Positions 15,689-25,629 of a DNA stretch of 45,569 nt are shown in pieces. Each line of letters begins with the position of its first letter. The first letter of the stretch is position 1. The notes below the pieces were generated by a model, which was not told where the DNA came from, did no database searches, and saw nothing but the letters and a program-made list of their open reading frames with translations. The translations under genes were made by a program, and so were the position numbers. Source of the DNA: Clostridia bacterium (GTDB lineage: Bacteria; Bacillota; Clostridia; Monoglobales; Monoglobaceae). The stretch is taken from NCBI GenBank assembly GCA_045647945.1, contig JAZRNA010000028.1, positions 1-45,569 on the forward strand. The letters run 5' to 3'.

Positions 15689-17119
15689 ATGAATTATACT
15701 TTATTAACTGATTTTTATGAAATTACAATGGCAAATGGATATCTCAAAAACAATATGCAGGACGAAATTGCATATTTTGATTTGTTTTTCAGAAAGGTGC
15801 CTGACAATGGTGGCTTTGCGATCATGGCGGGCGTGCAACAAGTTATTGAATATATCAAAGGTCTCAGGTTTGACAAAAATGATATTGAATATTTGAAGAA
15901 AAAAAATCTCTTTGACCCAAGGTTTATTGAGTACCTTGAAAAATTTGAATTTAAATGTGATGTATGGGCGGTTCCTGAGGGTACACCTATCTTTCCCAAT
16001 GAGCCTATTCTGACGGTACGTGGTCCGTTGATTCAGGCTCAGTTTATTGAGACCATGCTTTTGCTTATAATAAATCACCAAAGTCTTATTGCGACAAAAA
16101 GCAACCGAATAGTACGTGCAGCTGAAGGAAGGCCTGTCATGGAGTTTGGCTCAAGGCGTGCACAGGGGACAAGCGGTGCAGTTTATGGTGCCAGAGCCGC
16201 GTTTATTGGAGGTGTAACGGGCACTGCCTGCACAATCTCTGACAAAATGTTTGGTGTCCCCGCTTTGGGAACTATGGCACACAGCTGGGTGCAGTCTTTT
16301 GATAGTGAGTATGACGCTTTTAAGGCGTATGCATTGGCTTATCCAAAGGATTGCACACTATTGGTTGATACGTACAATGTACTTAAGTCTGGTATACCGA
16401 ATGCTATAAAAGTGTTTGATGAAGTTCTGACACCTATGGGTGTTAGACCAAAAGGGGTAAGAATTGATAGTGGTGATATCACATATCTTACCAAAAAAAC
16501 CAGAAAAATGCTTGATGATGCAGGGTACAGCGATGTCAAAATCGTGGTATCCAACTCTTTGGATGAATATATTATTAAAGATATTTTGAAACAAGGTGCT
16601 TGCGTTGACTCTTTTGGGGTTGGCGAAAGACTTATTACTTCAAAGTCTGAACCTGTATTTGGCGGCGTGTACAAACTTGTGGCAATAGAGAAAGACGGAG
16701 ACATTATACCAAAGATAAAGGTAAGCGAAAATGTGGCAAAAATAACTAACCCGTGTTTTAAAAAAGTGTACAGGCTGTTTTCAAAGGATACAGACAAAGC
16801 TATTGCGGATGTAATAGCACTCGCCGATGAAACAATCCCGGAGAATTCAGAGTATGAAATTTTTGATCCGGAGCATACATGGAAACGTAAAAAAATACGT
16901 GATTTTACGGCGAAGGAATTGCTTGTGCCGATTTTTCTGAATGGAAAATGCGTTTATCAATCTCCAGAGCTTGACAGTATAAGGGACTACTGCAGTCAGG
17001 AAATAGAAAAAATATGGGATGAAGTTAAACGTTTTGAAAATCCCCATTCGTATTATGTGGATTTGTCAGAGAAACTCTGGAATATAAAATACAAATTGTT
17101 ATCAGAGTATCGTGACTAA
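15689..17119 (+). CDS. pncB: Nicotinate phosphoribosyltransferase
   Basis: MNYTLLTDFYEITMANGY, FGSRRAQG and GTMAHSW motifs. Start at ATG 15689 after GGAGA. A TTGACA-N17-TAAATT promoter lies near 15573-15601. Confidence 0.9.
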   Translation: MNYTLLTDFYEITMANGYLKNNMQDEIAYFDLFFRKVPDNGGFAIMAGVQQVIEYIKGLRFDKNDIEYLKKKNLFDPRFIEYLEKFEFKCDVWAVPEGTPIFPNEPILTVRGPLIQAQFIETMLLLIINHQSLIATKSNRIVRAAEGRPVMEFGSRRAQGTSGAVYGARAAFIGGVTGTACTISDKMFGVPALGTMAHSWVQSFDSEYDAFKAYALAYPKDCTLLVDTYNVLKSGIPNAIKVFDEVLTPMGVRPKGVRIDSGDITYLTKKTRKMLDDAGYSDVKIVVSNSLDEYIIKDILKQGACVDSFGVGERLITSKSEPVFGGVYKLVAIEKDGDIIPKIKVSENVAKITNPCFKKVYRLFSKDTDKAIADVIALADETIPENSEYEIFDPEHTWKRKKIRDFTAKELLVPIFLNGKCVYQSPELDSIRDYCSQEIEKIWDEVKRFENPHSYYVDLSEKLWNIKYKLLSEYRD

Positions 17120-17179
17120 ATTTTCCCTTATGTGAAATAATACATTAAATTTTGTCACAAAGGTATATTGGAAAACATT

Positions 17180-17217
17180 AAATTTCTCGCTATAATATTG
17201 TTATAGCGTAGAAATTT
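17180..17217. repeat. Long imperfect inverted repeat (about 16-bp arms) between pncB and the GH20-like gene
   Basis: AAATTTCTCGCTATAA-tattg-TTATAGCGTAGAAATTT with one bulged base. It could be the pncB terminator hairpin or an operator. Confidence 0.5.
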
Positions 17218-17276
17218 GTGTTTAATCTGTAAATAATTAAGATTTATATAAATTTTTACGTTAAGGAGTACAAAAA

Positions 17277-19076
17277 ATGATCTTTCCAAAGCCTATTTCA
17301 GAAGTTTATTATGAAGGTAGTTTTGATTTTACTGGTATCAGCATAGAAAAAACACTTGTTGATTTTTATAAAAAAGCCGGTAATATGGGTATAAGTTTTT
17401 TAGAGAATAGTAACTTTGAGCCAGAGGAATATGTACTTGAAGTTAAAACCGATGGTATATTTGTTACATATTCAACAGAACAGGGCAAGTTCCGTGCGAT
17501 TACATCACTCCGTCAGCTTGCAAAAAAGACAAAGGGTCAGTTGCCCCTTTGCAAAATTTGTGATAAGCCTGATATAGAGGCAAGAAGCTATATGCTTGAC
17601 ATAAGCCGTGGCAGAATTCCCAAACTTCAGACTATCCTTGAGTTTGTGGATGTTCTTGCTGACCTTAAATATAATGAGTTTCAGCTCTATATGGACAGTT
17701 TTTGTTTCAAGTTTGCGGCATTTCCTGAATATACAAAGGATTTTGATTGCCTAACACCGGAAGATATTGAATATCTTGATAAGTATTGTGAAGAAAGATT
17801 TATTGACCTCGTTCCCAACCAGAACGGCTTTGGTCATATGAAAGCATGGCTTGACAAACCGGAACTTTCTCATCTGGCACTGTCGGATGGCGATGAAATC
17901 AGCGGTACTTTAAATCCGCTCCTTGATGAATCTGTTGAATTGATGGACAAAATCTATGGATCGCTCTTGCCTCATTTCAAGTCAAAGTATGTAAACGTTG
18001 GTCTTGACGAAGCGTTTGCACTTGGAAAATATCAGTCAGAAGAAGCTTGTAAAGAGCGCGGAATAGCTGATGTTTTTGTTGAATATCTCAAAAAAATAAA
18101 CACTTTGGTTAACGAAAAGTATGGAAAAGAAATTCAGTTCTGGTCTGATATGATAAACAATTATCCTGAATCTTTCCCCAAATTCCCCAAGAATGTTACA
18201 GCGGTTGAATGGGGTTATGGTCCTGTTGCTACCCAGCTTATGGAATCAAGAGTTCGTGATTTGAGTGAAAAAGGTGTAAGGTTTTACCTTGCGCCAGGCA
18301 ACCTTACATGGACAAGTTTGGTTTCAAGGGTTGATCTGATGGAATTTAACATAAGAACCGTTGGTGAACTTGCAAAGAAGTATGGTGCAGCAGGATATAT
18401 GCTCACTGACTGGAGTATTCCCAATGAGGGACATCCTCACTATCTGGTAAACAGTTATTTGCCTGCGGCTCTGGCTGCACAGTACGGATGGAACAGTGGT
18501 GTGCCACAGCATCTTGCTACTGACTTCAAGCATGGTTTCCGTTTTGCTGCTATGGAATATCTTGATGAAAATGTATTCTGTGGCAAAAAGGCAGCAGAAC
18601 TTATCTATCGTCTTGGTAAATATGATAATTTTGAACCGCATCCGTCTGATGGATTGGCAATGTGTGCTCATGCTATGATGATTCCTGTTACACAGAACAA
18701 CTGCATGGACTTCCTTGAGGGCGACAATACCATTAGTGTATACGATATAGATGCTATTGATGGTGCAGCGTTCTATTTTGAAAATGTTATTGACTATGTA
18801 ACAAAGGTTTGCAATGAAATAAAGACTACAGAATTTGACGAAAGATTTAAGAGAGAAATTCTGTGCAATGCAGAAATGCTTCTTCTTGGGGCAGAGATGT
18901 GCAAAATCAAAGCGGACAAGGGTGTATCTCCTGAAAAGAAAGCTGAACTTGTTGCAAGGATTGATGCGGTTCTTGAAGAACATGAGGATCTTTGGATGTA
19001 CAGAAACTTCAGTGAAGGATTTGAAATTTTTGTTAACAATCTTAGAGCACGTCAATCAGAAATCACTTCATATTAG
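17277..19076 (+). CDS. Glycoside hydrolase family 20-like protein (beta-N-acetylhexosaminidase family)
   Basis: N-terminal IFPKP...G.F.F, then ARSYMLDISRGRIP (TIM-barrel start) and NVGLDEA at the catalytic D-E position. 599 aa. The family call is from memory. Confidence 0.6.
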   Translation: MIFPKPISEVYYEGSFDFTGISIEKTLVDFYKKAGNMGISFLENSNFEPEEYVLEVKTDGIFVTYSTEQGKFRAITSLRQLAKKTKGQLPLCKICDKPDIEARSYMLDISRGRIPKLQTILEFVDVLADLKYNEFQLYMDSFCFKFAAFPEYTKDFDCLTPEDIEYLDKYCEERFIDLVPNQNGFGHMKAWLDKPELSHLALSDGDEISGTLNPLLDESVELMDKIYGSLLPHFKSKYVNVGLDEAFALGKYQSEEACKERGIADVFVEYLKKINTLVNEKYGKEIQFWSDMINNYPESFPKFPKNVTAVEWGYGPVATQLMESRVRDLSEKGVRFYLAPGNLTWTSLVSRVDLMEFNIRTVGELAKKYGAAGYMLTDWSIPNEGHPHYLVNSYLPAALAAQYGWNSGVPQHLATDFKHGFRFAAMEYLDENVFCGKKAAELIYRLGKYDNFEPHPSDGLAMCAHAMMIPVTQNNCMDFLEGDNTISVYDIDAIDGAAFYFENVIDYVTKVCNEIKTTEFDERFKREILCNAEMLLLGAEMCKIKADKGVSPEKKAELVARIDAVLEEHEDLWMYRNFSEGFEIFVNNLRARQSEITSY

Positions 19077-19154
19077 TTAAAGTATAATCTATGATTCTTA
19101 AACAAAGAGATACAATAACGTTAAATATTTTATTATGATATAAGGAGAAAACAA

Positions 19155-20285
19155 ATGAAATCAACAATTGAATCCTATAACTTGGGACGCCTTGGTGTAA
19201 TCGGGATGAGCGGATGCGATGACTTTTGCTCAAAAGTAGATTACTATTTAAGAAAGTTCAACGACGACGATATGGAGAATCATGGTACATTTTTGCTCCC
19301 CATAAAGGTATCCAGATTTGGAACTGGTGAAGCTAAGGCAACACTTCTTCATTCTGCAAGAACTTATGATGTCTATATCATAGTTGACTGCTTTAATTAT
19401 GGACAGACTTATAAACTCTATGGTACAGATGTTCCCATGAGTCCAGACGACCATTTTCAGGATTTGAAACGTGCGATTTCAGCAATAGGAGGCAAGGCGA
19501 AGAGAATCACTGTTATTATGCCTATGCTTTATGAAGGACGTCAGCACAAACGTCAAGCCAGAGAATCCCTTGACTGTGCAATGGCACTTCAGGAATTGAT
19601 TGGTATTGGCGTTGATAATATAATAACCTTTGATGCGCATGACCCCAGAGTCCAGAATTCTATTCCTTTCAAAGGCTTTGAAAACGTTATGCCTACATAT
19701 CAGATGATTAAAGCTTGTCTTAAGTATGACCCTGAAATTATCCTCAACAAGAGCAACACAATGATTATTTCTCCTGATGAGGGTGCGATGTCAAGATGTA
19801 TGTACTATTCATCGGTGCTTGAGATGGAATTGGGTATGTTCTATAAACGTCGTGATTATTCAAGGGTTGTAAACGGAAAGAATCCTATTGTTGCTCATGA
19901 GTTTTTGGGTTCTGATGTTGAAGGAAAAAATGTTATTGTTGTTGATGATATGATTTCATCCGGCGACTCTATGATTGATGTTTCAAAAGAACTTAAAAAG
20001 AGGAAGGCTGCAAGAGTATTTGTTTTCTCTACCTTTGGTTTATTTACGGAAGGCTTCGACAGATTTGACAAAGCCTATGAAGAGGGTATTGTTGAAGGTG
20101 TATTTACAACAAATCTGATTTATTCAAAGCCTGAACTTCTTGAGAAGCCCTGGTATCATCAGGTTGATATGAGCAAATATGTTGCATTGCTTATCAACGA
20201 GCTTAATGCCGAACATTCCATAAGTGAATTGCTCAATCCTATCAAGCGAATAGAGAAAATTCTCGAAAAATATAAAAATCAATAA
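19155..20285 (+). CDS. prs: Ribose-phosphate pyrophosphokinase (long form)
   Basis: RFGTGEAK, MPMLYEGRQHKR, TFDAHDPRVQN and VIVVDDMISSGDSM (PRPP-binding loop). Confidence 0.85.
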   Translation: MKSTIESYNLGRLGVIGMSGCDDFCSKVDYYLRKFNDDDMENHGTFLLPIKVSRFGTGEAKATLLHSARTYDVYIIVDCFNYGQTYKLYGTDVPMSPDDHFQDLKRAISAIGGKAKRITVIMPMLYEGRQHKRQARESLDCAMALQELIGIGVDNIITFDAHDPRVQNSIPFKGFENVMPTYQMIKACLKYDPEIILNKSNTMIISPDEGAMSRCMYYSSVLEMELGMFYKRRDYSRVVNGKNPIVAHEFLGSDVEGKNVIVVDDMISSGDSMIDVSKELKKRKAARVFVFSTFGLFTEGFDRFDKAYEEGIVEGVFTTNLIYSKPELLEKPWYHQVDMSKYVALLINELNAEHSISELLNPIKRIEKILEKYKNQ

Positions 20286-20295
20286 ATGATAATAT

Positions 20296-20331
20296 AGCTG
20301 CTGCAGATGGATAATACTAACTGCAGCAGCT
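20296..20331 (+). terminator. 11-bp perfect hairpin between prs and rluB, a terminator or attenuator
   Basis: AGCTGCTGCAG-14 nt-CTGCAGCAGCT. There is no strong T tract. It lies inside the ORF-track extension of rluB, which argues for a later start. Confidence 0.45.
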
Positions 20332-20351
20332 TGTTAAATGTAGGGAGGCAG

Positions 20352-21167
20352 ATGTTCGATATGATGAGACTGCAAAAATATCTTGCCAACGCCGGGGTGG
20401 CATCAAGACGCTCTGCGGAGAAGATGATAGGCGAGGGACGTGTTGCTGTTAACGGGGACATCATTCGTGAAATGGGTGTTCAGATTGATGAGAATTATGA
20501 TGTGGTGGAGGTTGACGGCGAGGTTGTAAAAAACACCGAAAAAAAGTATTATATTATGCTAAATAAACCAGCTGGCTTTGTTACGACGGTATCCGATGAT
20601 AAAGGCAGACCTACTGTTATGGAGCTTGTATCAGACATTTCTGCCAGAATTTATCCTGTGGGACGGCTTGATTACGACACTGAGGGGTTGCTTATTCTGA
20701 CAAATGACGGGGATTTGACATATAAAATAACACACCCAAAACATGATATTGCGAAAACGTATGTTGCAGAGGTCACTGGGAATGTAACAATGGACACAAT
20801 TCTCCAGCTAAGACGTGGAGTTGTTATAGACGGGCAAAAAACCAGCCCTGCTGAAGTCGAGGTTGTGGGAGCTACTCAGTATGGAACCAAGGTTGAAATA
20901 ACCATTCATGAGGGAAGAAACAGGCAGGTGCGAAAAATGTTTGAGGCTCTTGGGTGTATTGTTAAAAAACTTAAAAGAACCAAAGAGGCAGGACTTACAC
21001 TGGGACATCTTCCCCTTGGAAAGTGGCGGAAACTTAGCGAATCCGAAGTTAATATGCTTAAAAAAATTCAGGCATCAGGAGAAAAGGATAAAAAAACGAA
21101 AGAGCCGCGTAAAAGCATTAAAGCATTCACAAAAACTAACAGAAAAAGAACACAGAGTAAGAGATAG
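20352..21167 (+). CDS. rluB: Pseudouridine synthase, RsuA/RluB family, with S4 domain and a Lys-rich tail
   Basis: MRLQKYLANAGVASRRSAEKMI (S4), VGRLDYDTEGLLILTNDG and HEGRNRQVRKMFE. The start is ambiguous (ATG 20352, 20361 or 20364, after GGGAGG). Confidence 0.85.
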   Translation: MFDMMRLQKYLANAGVASRRSAEKMIGEGRVAVNGDIIREMGVQIDENYDVVEVDGEVVKNTEKKYYIMLNKPAGFVTTVSDDKGRPTVMELVSDISARIYPVGRLDYDTEGLLILTNDGDLTYKITHPKHDIAKTYVAEVTGNVTMDTILQLRRGVVIDGQKTSPAEVEVVGATQYGTKVEITIHEGRNRQVRKMFEALGCIVKKLKRTKEAGLTLGHLPLGKWRKLSESEVNMLKKIQASGEKDKKTKEPRKSIKAFTKTNRKRTQSKR

Positions 21168-21176
21168 GTAAAAAAT

Positions 21177-22415
21177 ATGTTTGAAAATAGCTATGATGTT
21201 GTGGTTATAGGTGGCGGTGCTGCAGGCATGATGGCAGCAGGAACAGCTGCCAAACGTGGAAAAAACGTTGTACTCATTGAAAAAAACCGTATTTTGGGCA
21301 AGAAGATGCTTATAACAGGCAAAGGTCGTTGCAATATCACAAATGCCTGCGACGACGTTGAGGAACTGATTAACAATGTGACCAAAAACAAATCTTTTTT
21401 GTATAGCTCATTTTATACTTTTACAAACCAGGATACTATAAATTTTTTCAATGGCATTGGTGTTGAAACAAAGGTTGAGCGTGGCAACAGGGTTTTTCCT
21501 GTATCGGACAAGAGCACGGAAGTGGTTGATGCATTTGTTCGTCATATAAAAAAGTGTGGGGTAAAGGTTGTTACAGACAAAGTTTTGGATCTGGATATAT
21601 GTGATGATAAGATTTGCGGAGTTGTTACCGAGAAGCATGGCAGAATTCAGACGCAATCGGTGATTGTAGCAACAGGAGGCATGTCATATCAAGCCACAGG
21701 CTCAACAGGTGATGGTTATCGATTTGCAAAGGATACAGGACATACAGTTACGGATATAATTCCGTCCTTGGTACCTGTTGAGATTGAAGAGAAATGGGCA
21801 TATGAACTTATGGGGGTATCTCTTAAAAACATAGAGATTACCATATTAAATGATAAAAACAAGAAAATTTATAACGATTTTGGCGAACTTATGTTTGCGC
21901 ATTTTGGTCTTACCGGACCGGTTATACTCAGTGCGTCGGCACATATGCGACCTATGGAGTCAGGCAAATACAGAATAGTTCTTGATTTGAAGCCGGCGCT
22001 TGAGCACAAGACGTTGGATGCCAGAATTGTGAGAGATTTTCAAAAGTATGCAAACAAGGATTTTGTGAACAGTCTTGGTGATTTATTACCATCGGGACTA
22101 ATCGATATCATTGTTGAACTTTCAGGTGTTGACCCCCATAAAAAGGTAAATTCCATAACAAAAGAGGAACGTCAAAGGCTGGTGCAGACCATAAAAGGAA
22201 TCGAGTTCAATGTAACGGGATTTTGCCCTATTGAGCAGGCAATAATAACCTCCGGCGGTGTGTCTGTCAAAGAAATCGACCCATCTACAATGGAATCGAA
22301 AAAGGTGAAGGGGCTGTTTTTTGCGGGCGAGGTTATTGATGTTGATGCATATACAGGCGGATTTAATTTGCAGATTGCCTTTTCCACAGGCGTTCTGGCG
22401 GGCAGTAACTGTTGA
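21177..22415 (+). CDS. HI0933/BaiN-like NAD(P)/FAD-dependent flavoprotein
   Basis: YDVVVIGGGAAGMMAAG dinucleotide fold, TGKGRCN and GEVIDVDAYTGGFNLQ.AF.TG at the C-terminus. Confidence 0.8.
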   Translation: MFENSYDVVVIGGGAAGMMAAGTAAKRGKNVVLIEKNRILGKKMLITGKGRCNITNACDDVEELINNVTKNKSFLYSSFYTFTNQDTINFFNGIGVETKVERGNRVFPVSDKSTEVVDAFVRHIKKCGVKVVTDKVLDLDICDDKICGVVTEKHGRIQTQSVIVATGGMSYQATGSTGDGYRFAKDTGHTVTDIIPSLVPVEIEEKWAYELMGVSLKNIEITILNDKNKKIYNDFGELMFAHFGLTGPVILSASAHMRPMESGKYRIVLDLKPALEHKTLDARIVRDFQKYANKDFVNSLGDLLPSGLIDIIVELSGVDPHKKVNSITKEERQRLVQTIKGIEFNVTGFCPIEQAIITSGGVSVKEIDPSTMESKKVKGLFFAGEVIDVDAYTGGFNLQIAFSTGVLAGSNC

Positions 22416-22456
22416 TTGGTGGTTTGTCTTGAAGTGTAAAATTTTGAACAAAAATC

Positions 22457-22528
22457 TTGCACATATACTAATGTTGTGGTATACTGAAATCAAGGAGAAA
22501 TGTGACGGGCAGAGGATTTTTCTGCCCG
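22457..22528 (+). promoter_or_regulatory. Promoter plus leader hairpin upstream of nudF
   Basis: TTGCAC-N17-TGgTATACT (22457-22485) is followed by the hairpin CGGGCAGA-ggatttt-TCTGCCCG (22506-22528) and TTT. Confidence 0.4.
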
Positions 22529-22564
22529 TTTGATATATGATTTGTTTAAGGGTGTGAAGAAACC

Positions 22565-23101
22565 ATGGTTCTTAACGAAAAAACTGTTACTTCGGAAAAG
22601 ATTTTTCAGGGCAGGATAATAGATGTAAGGGTAGAAACCGTAGAGTTTGACGACGGAAGAAGAGCATATCGTGAGTTAGTTGACCATCCCGGCGGAGTTG
22701 GGGTTTTGGCACTTACTGATGATAATAAGATTATTATGGTAAAACAGTTCAGAAAGCCTATTGAAGAGGCTATATGGGAAATACCTGCAGGCAAGCTTGA
22801 TAAAGGTGAGGACCCCCTTGAGTGTGGAAAAAGAGAGCTTGAGGAAGAGACCGGATTTAAGGCGAAAGAGTTTGTGTCATTGGGTTATTTTTATCCGTCG
22901 CCGGGATTTGCCAACGAAGTTACTCATTTGTTCTTTGCAAAAGGGTTGTATATGGGCAAGACTAATCCTGACGAAGATGAGTTTTTGGATGTTGAAGAGA
23001 TTGCTGTGGAAGAAATCAGGGATATGATTGCAAAAAATCAAATTAATGACGCTAAGACAGTTATTGCATTTTTAAAGTGTGAACTGTTGAATTTATTTTA
23101 G
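22565..23101 (+). CDS. nudF: ADP-ribose pyrophosphatase (NUDIX hydrolase)
   Basis: Nudix box GKLDKGEDPLECGKRELEEETG. Typical NudF N-terminus (F.GR...V....V.F.DG). Confidence 0.85.
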   Translation: MVLNEKTVTSEKIFQGRIIDVRVETVEFDDGRRAYRELVDHPGGVGVLALTDDNKIIMVKQFRKPIEEAIWEIPAGKLDKGEDPLECGKRELEEETGFKAKEFVSLGYFYPSPGFANEVTHLFFAKGLYMGKTNPDEDEFLDVEEIAVEEIRDMIAKNQINDAKTVIAFLKCELLNLF

Positions 23102-23115
23102 TGGGGGATGAAATT

Positions 23116-23505
23116 ATGGAAAAAAACAAAGTGAAAGTTCTCATAAGAGGGGCAGAGTATACTTTGGTTACGGCTGAACCGGCAGAGTATGTGCAAAGAG
23201 TGGCTGTAAGGGTTGACAGAAAGCTTTCTGAAATCATGAAAGAAAATCCGCAGCTCAGCAATGTCATGGGTGCTATGCTCACAGCAATAAATGTGTCGGA
23301 TGAGTACATAAAACTTGAGGATTCCATGGATAACCTCAGAAAACAAGTGACCGAATATGCTAAGAATGAAAGCAGAATGTCGGCAGAACTTGATGAAAAA
23401 ACTTCTAAGATTGAGGCGCTTGAAAAACAAGTGCAGGACTTGAAAATTGAACTCGCAAGATGCGGTTCGGGAAATTCCGGTTCAGGTTACAACAAATACA
23501 GATAA
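23116..23505 (+). CDS. zapA: Cell division protein ZapA
   Basis: MEKNKVKVLIRGAEYTLV... followed by a coiled-coil C-terminus. Start at ATG 23116 after GGGGGA. Confidence 0.8.
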   Translation: MEKNKVKVLIRGAEYTLVTAEPAEYVQRVAVRVDRKLSEIMKENPQLSNVMGAMLTAINVSDEYIKLEDSMDNLRKQVTEYAKNESRMSAELDEKTSKIEALEKQVQDLKIELARCGSGNSGSGYNKYR

Positions 23506-23520
23506 GGGATTGAAAATTGG

Positions 23521-25629
23521 ATGGGTAAGGTTGAATTGCTTGCTCCGGCGGGAAATTTTGAGTGTTTAATTGCTGCAGTGCAGAGCGGTGCAGATGCGGT
23601 TTATATTGCAGGAACCAACTTCGGTGCCAGAAGCTATGCTGACAATTTTGATGAGGATGCGCTGGAGAAAGCGGTTGATTACTGTCGCGTTCGTGACGTG
23701 AGGGTATATGTAACAGTGAATACACTTGTTCTTGATGATGAAATACAGGAACTGTGTGAATATCTTATATTCCTTGCGAAAATCGGTGTTGATGCCATTA
23801 TTGTTCAGGATATGGGTGTTTTAAAACTGGCACAGGAAATGGTGCCTGAACTGCCGGTTCATGCCAGTACTCAAATGACCATTCATAATGCTGATGGTGT
23901 TGAAATTTTAAAGAATTTTGGAATAAAGAGGGTTGTTCTTTCGCGAGAACTTTCCATAGAACAAATACGCAAAATTTCAGAAAGAACAGATGTTGAACTT
24001 GAGGCCTTTGCACATGGTGCATTGTGTATGTGTTATTCAGGACAATGTCTGCTTAGCAGTATAATAGGCAGCCGCTCAGGAAATCGCGGCAAGTGTGCCC
24101 AACCCTGCAGGCTGCAATACAGTATCAATAGTTCAAAGCAAAAGGCTTTTTATATGAGCCTTAAGGATTTATGCAGTCTTAAACATCTCCCCACACTTAT
24201 TGATGCAGGTGTTACATCTCTCAAAATTGAGGGAAGAATGAAAGGTCCTGCTTATGTTGCGGCAGTTGTGGGGATTTACAGAAAATACATTGACAATCCC
24301 GACGAAAGAATTGATTACAAGGATATTGAGCTGCTGGATACAATTTTCAACCGTGGGGGACTTACAGACGGGTATTTAACCGGCAACAAGGGTGTGGAAA
24401 TGTTTGCGCTTAATAAGCCCGAGAACCCCTATCGCAAGGGAAGTGCGGCATTAGAAAAGGAACTTTTGGCATCTGTTGCAAAAGAAAATATTAAAAAGAA
24501 ACTTAATGCCAAAATCATAATAAAAGAGAACCAAAAGCCTGTTATGGAAGTGGATGACGGGAAAGTTTTTGTGCAATATCTTCATGACAAGTTGCCGGAA
24601 AAGGCTCTTAAAACAGCTGTTTGTGAGGATGCGGTTGCTTCGCAAATAGCAAAAACAGGTGGAACGCCTTTTGAATTCAGCAATATTTCGGTGCAAATGG
24701 ATGATGGCTTATTTATTTCTGCAGGAGAATTGAACAAGATAAGACGCGAAACCCTTGAAAAGTTCAGTTCTGAGTTGATAATGTCTTTCAAAAGAGAGAT
24801 TGCGGATACTGAGCCAGAACGAATTTCAGGGGAAAAGTTTGATAATCAGAGCTATGTTTGTGAGGTTACAACAGTTGAACAGCTTAAAGCGGTGGCTGAT
24901 ATGCCTTTTGATAAGTTTTATATACCTCTGTGGGTTATAGAAAAAGCACATGATATAACTGACAAAATAAAAAATAAAGCAGTTATTGTATTGCCCGCAA
25001 TTCTTACGGATATACAACAAAATACGGTTGTTTCAAAGTGCTTAAAGTTGCTTGAGTCCGGTTATAGCGGTGTTTTGATTCACAATATATCTTTGGTTGA
25101 CAAATTTAAGGGATATAGTGTTTATGGTGGTTTCAGACTTAACGTTTTCAACAGTTATTCCCTTGAATTTTTAAGTAGCATGAAGTTAAAGACAATAGAA
25201 CTTTCGCCTGAGCTTACACTGAAACAAATAAAGGATATGACAAAAACGGCTCCTGTACAGGCCATGGTATACGGAAGATTGCCTATTATGGTGACAGAGA
25301 ATTGTATCATAAGAAATAGCGAGTCATGTCCCTGCAATGGGAATAATAGTATAACCGACCGTATGGGACTGAGTTTTCCTGTCATAAAGGACGGGGATAT
25401 TTGCAGGAGCGTAATTTTAAACTGCAAGAAAACATTTATGGCTTTTGATATGGATAAAATAAAAAAAGCAGGGGTTAATTGTTTTAGGATTTATTTCACA
25501 GATGAGACAGCCCAGGAGTGCAGAAAAATTTGTGACACATTTCTGTTTGGCGGAGATTTCAGGCCGGCAGATTTCACAAATGGACATTTTTTCAAAGGCG
25601 TGGCAAAACGGGAGGGAAACAAAACATGA
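23521..25629 (+). CDS. Peptidase U32 family protein (long form)
   Basis: ELLAPAGN...A...GADAVY, E.F.HGALC..YSG.C..S and RS.NRG.C.Q.CR are U32 signatures. Confidence 0.85.
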   Translation: MGKVELLAPAGNFECLIAAVQSGADAVYIAGTNFGARSYADNFDEDALEKAVDYCRVRDVRVYVTVNTLVLDDEIQELCEYLIFLAKIGVDAIIVQDMGVLKLAQEMVPELPVHASTQMTIHNADGVEILKNFGIKRVVLSRELSIEQIRKISERTDVELEAFAHGALCMCYSGQCLLSSIIGSRSGNRGKCAQPCRLQYSINSSKQKAFYMSLKDLCSLKHLPTLIDAGVTSLKIEGRMKGPAYVAAVVGIYRKYIDNPDERIDYKDIELLDTIFNRGGLTDGYLTGNKGVEMFALNKPENPYRKGSAALEKELLASVAKENIKKKLNAKIIIKENQKPVMEVDDGKVFVQYLHDKLPEKALKTAVCEDAVASQIAKTGGTPFEFSNISVQMDDGLFISAGELNKIRRETLEKFSSELIMSFKREIADTEPERISGEKFDNQSYVCEVTTVEQLKAVADMPFDKFYIPLWVIEKAHDITDKIKNKAVIVLPAILTDIQQNTVVSKCLKLLESGYSGVLIHNISLVDKFKGYSVYGGFRLNVFNSYSLEFLSSMKLKTIELSPELTLKQIKDMTKTAPVQAMVYGRLPIMVTENCIIRNSESCPCNGNNSITDRMGLSFPVIKDGDICRSVILNCKKTFMAFDMDKIKKAGVNCFRIYFTDETAQECRKICDTFLFGGDFRPADFTNGHFFKGVAKREGNKT

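Noticed and set aside
18324-19055. A 243-aa antisense ORF inside the GH20-like gene. Similar long antisense ORFs occur at 29502-30233, 35641-36180, 31041-31514 and 34194-34757.
   Set aside because: They lie entirely within well-supported genes on the opposite strand. They are low-complexity with Cys/Phe/Ile-rich composition, no RBS and no recognisable motifs. This is typical of spurious frames in AT-rich DNA.
20307-20351. The ORF-track start of rluB at 20307.
   Set aside because: The extension runs through an 11-bp perfect hairpin (20296-20331) and precedes the GGGAGG RBS. The S4 domain starts at MRLQKYL.
22500-22505. A minimal ATG-TGA start-stop ORF after AAGGAG in the nudF leader.
   Set aside because: The Shine-Dalgarno to ATG spacing is only 2 nt, too short for efficient initiation. 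It is most likely a coincidence.
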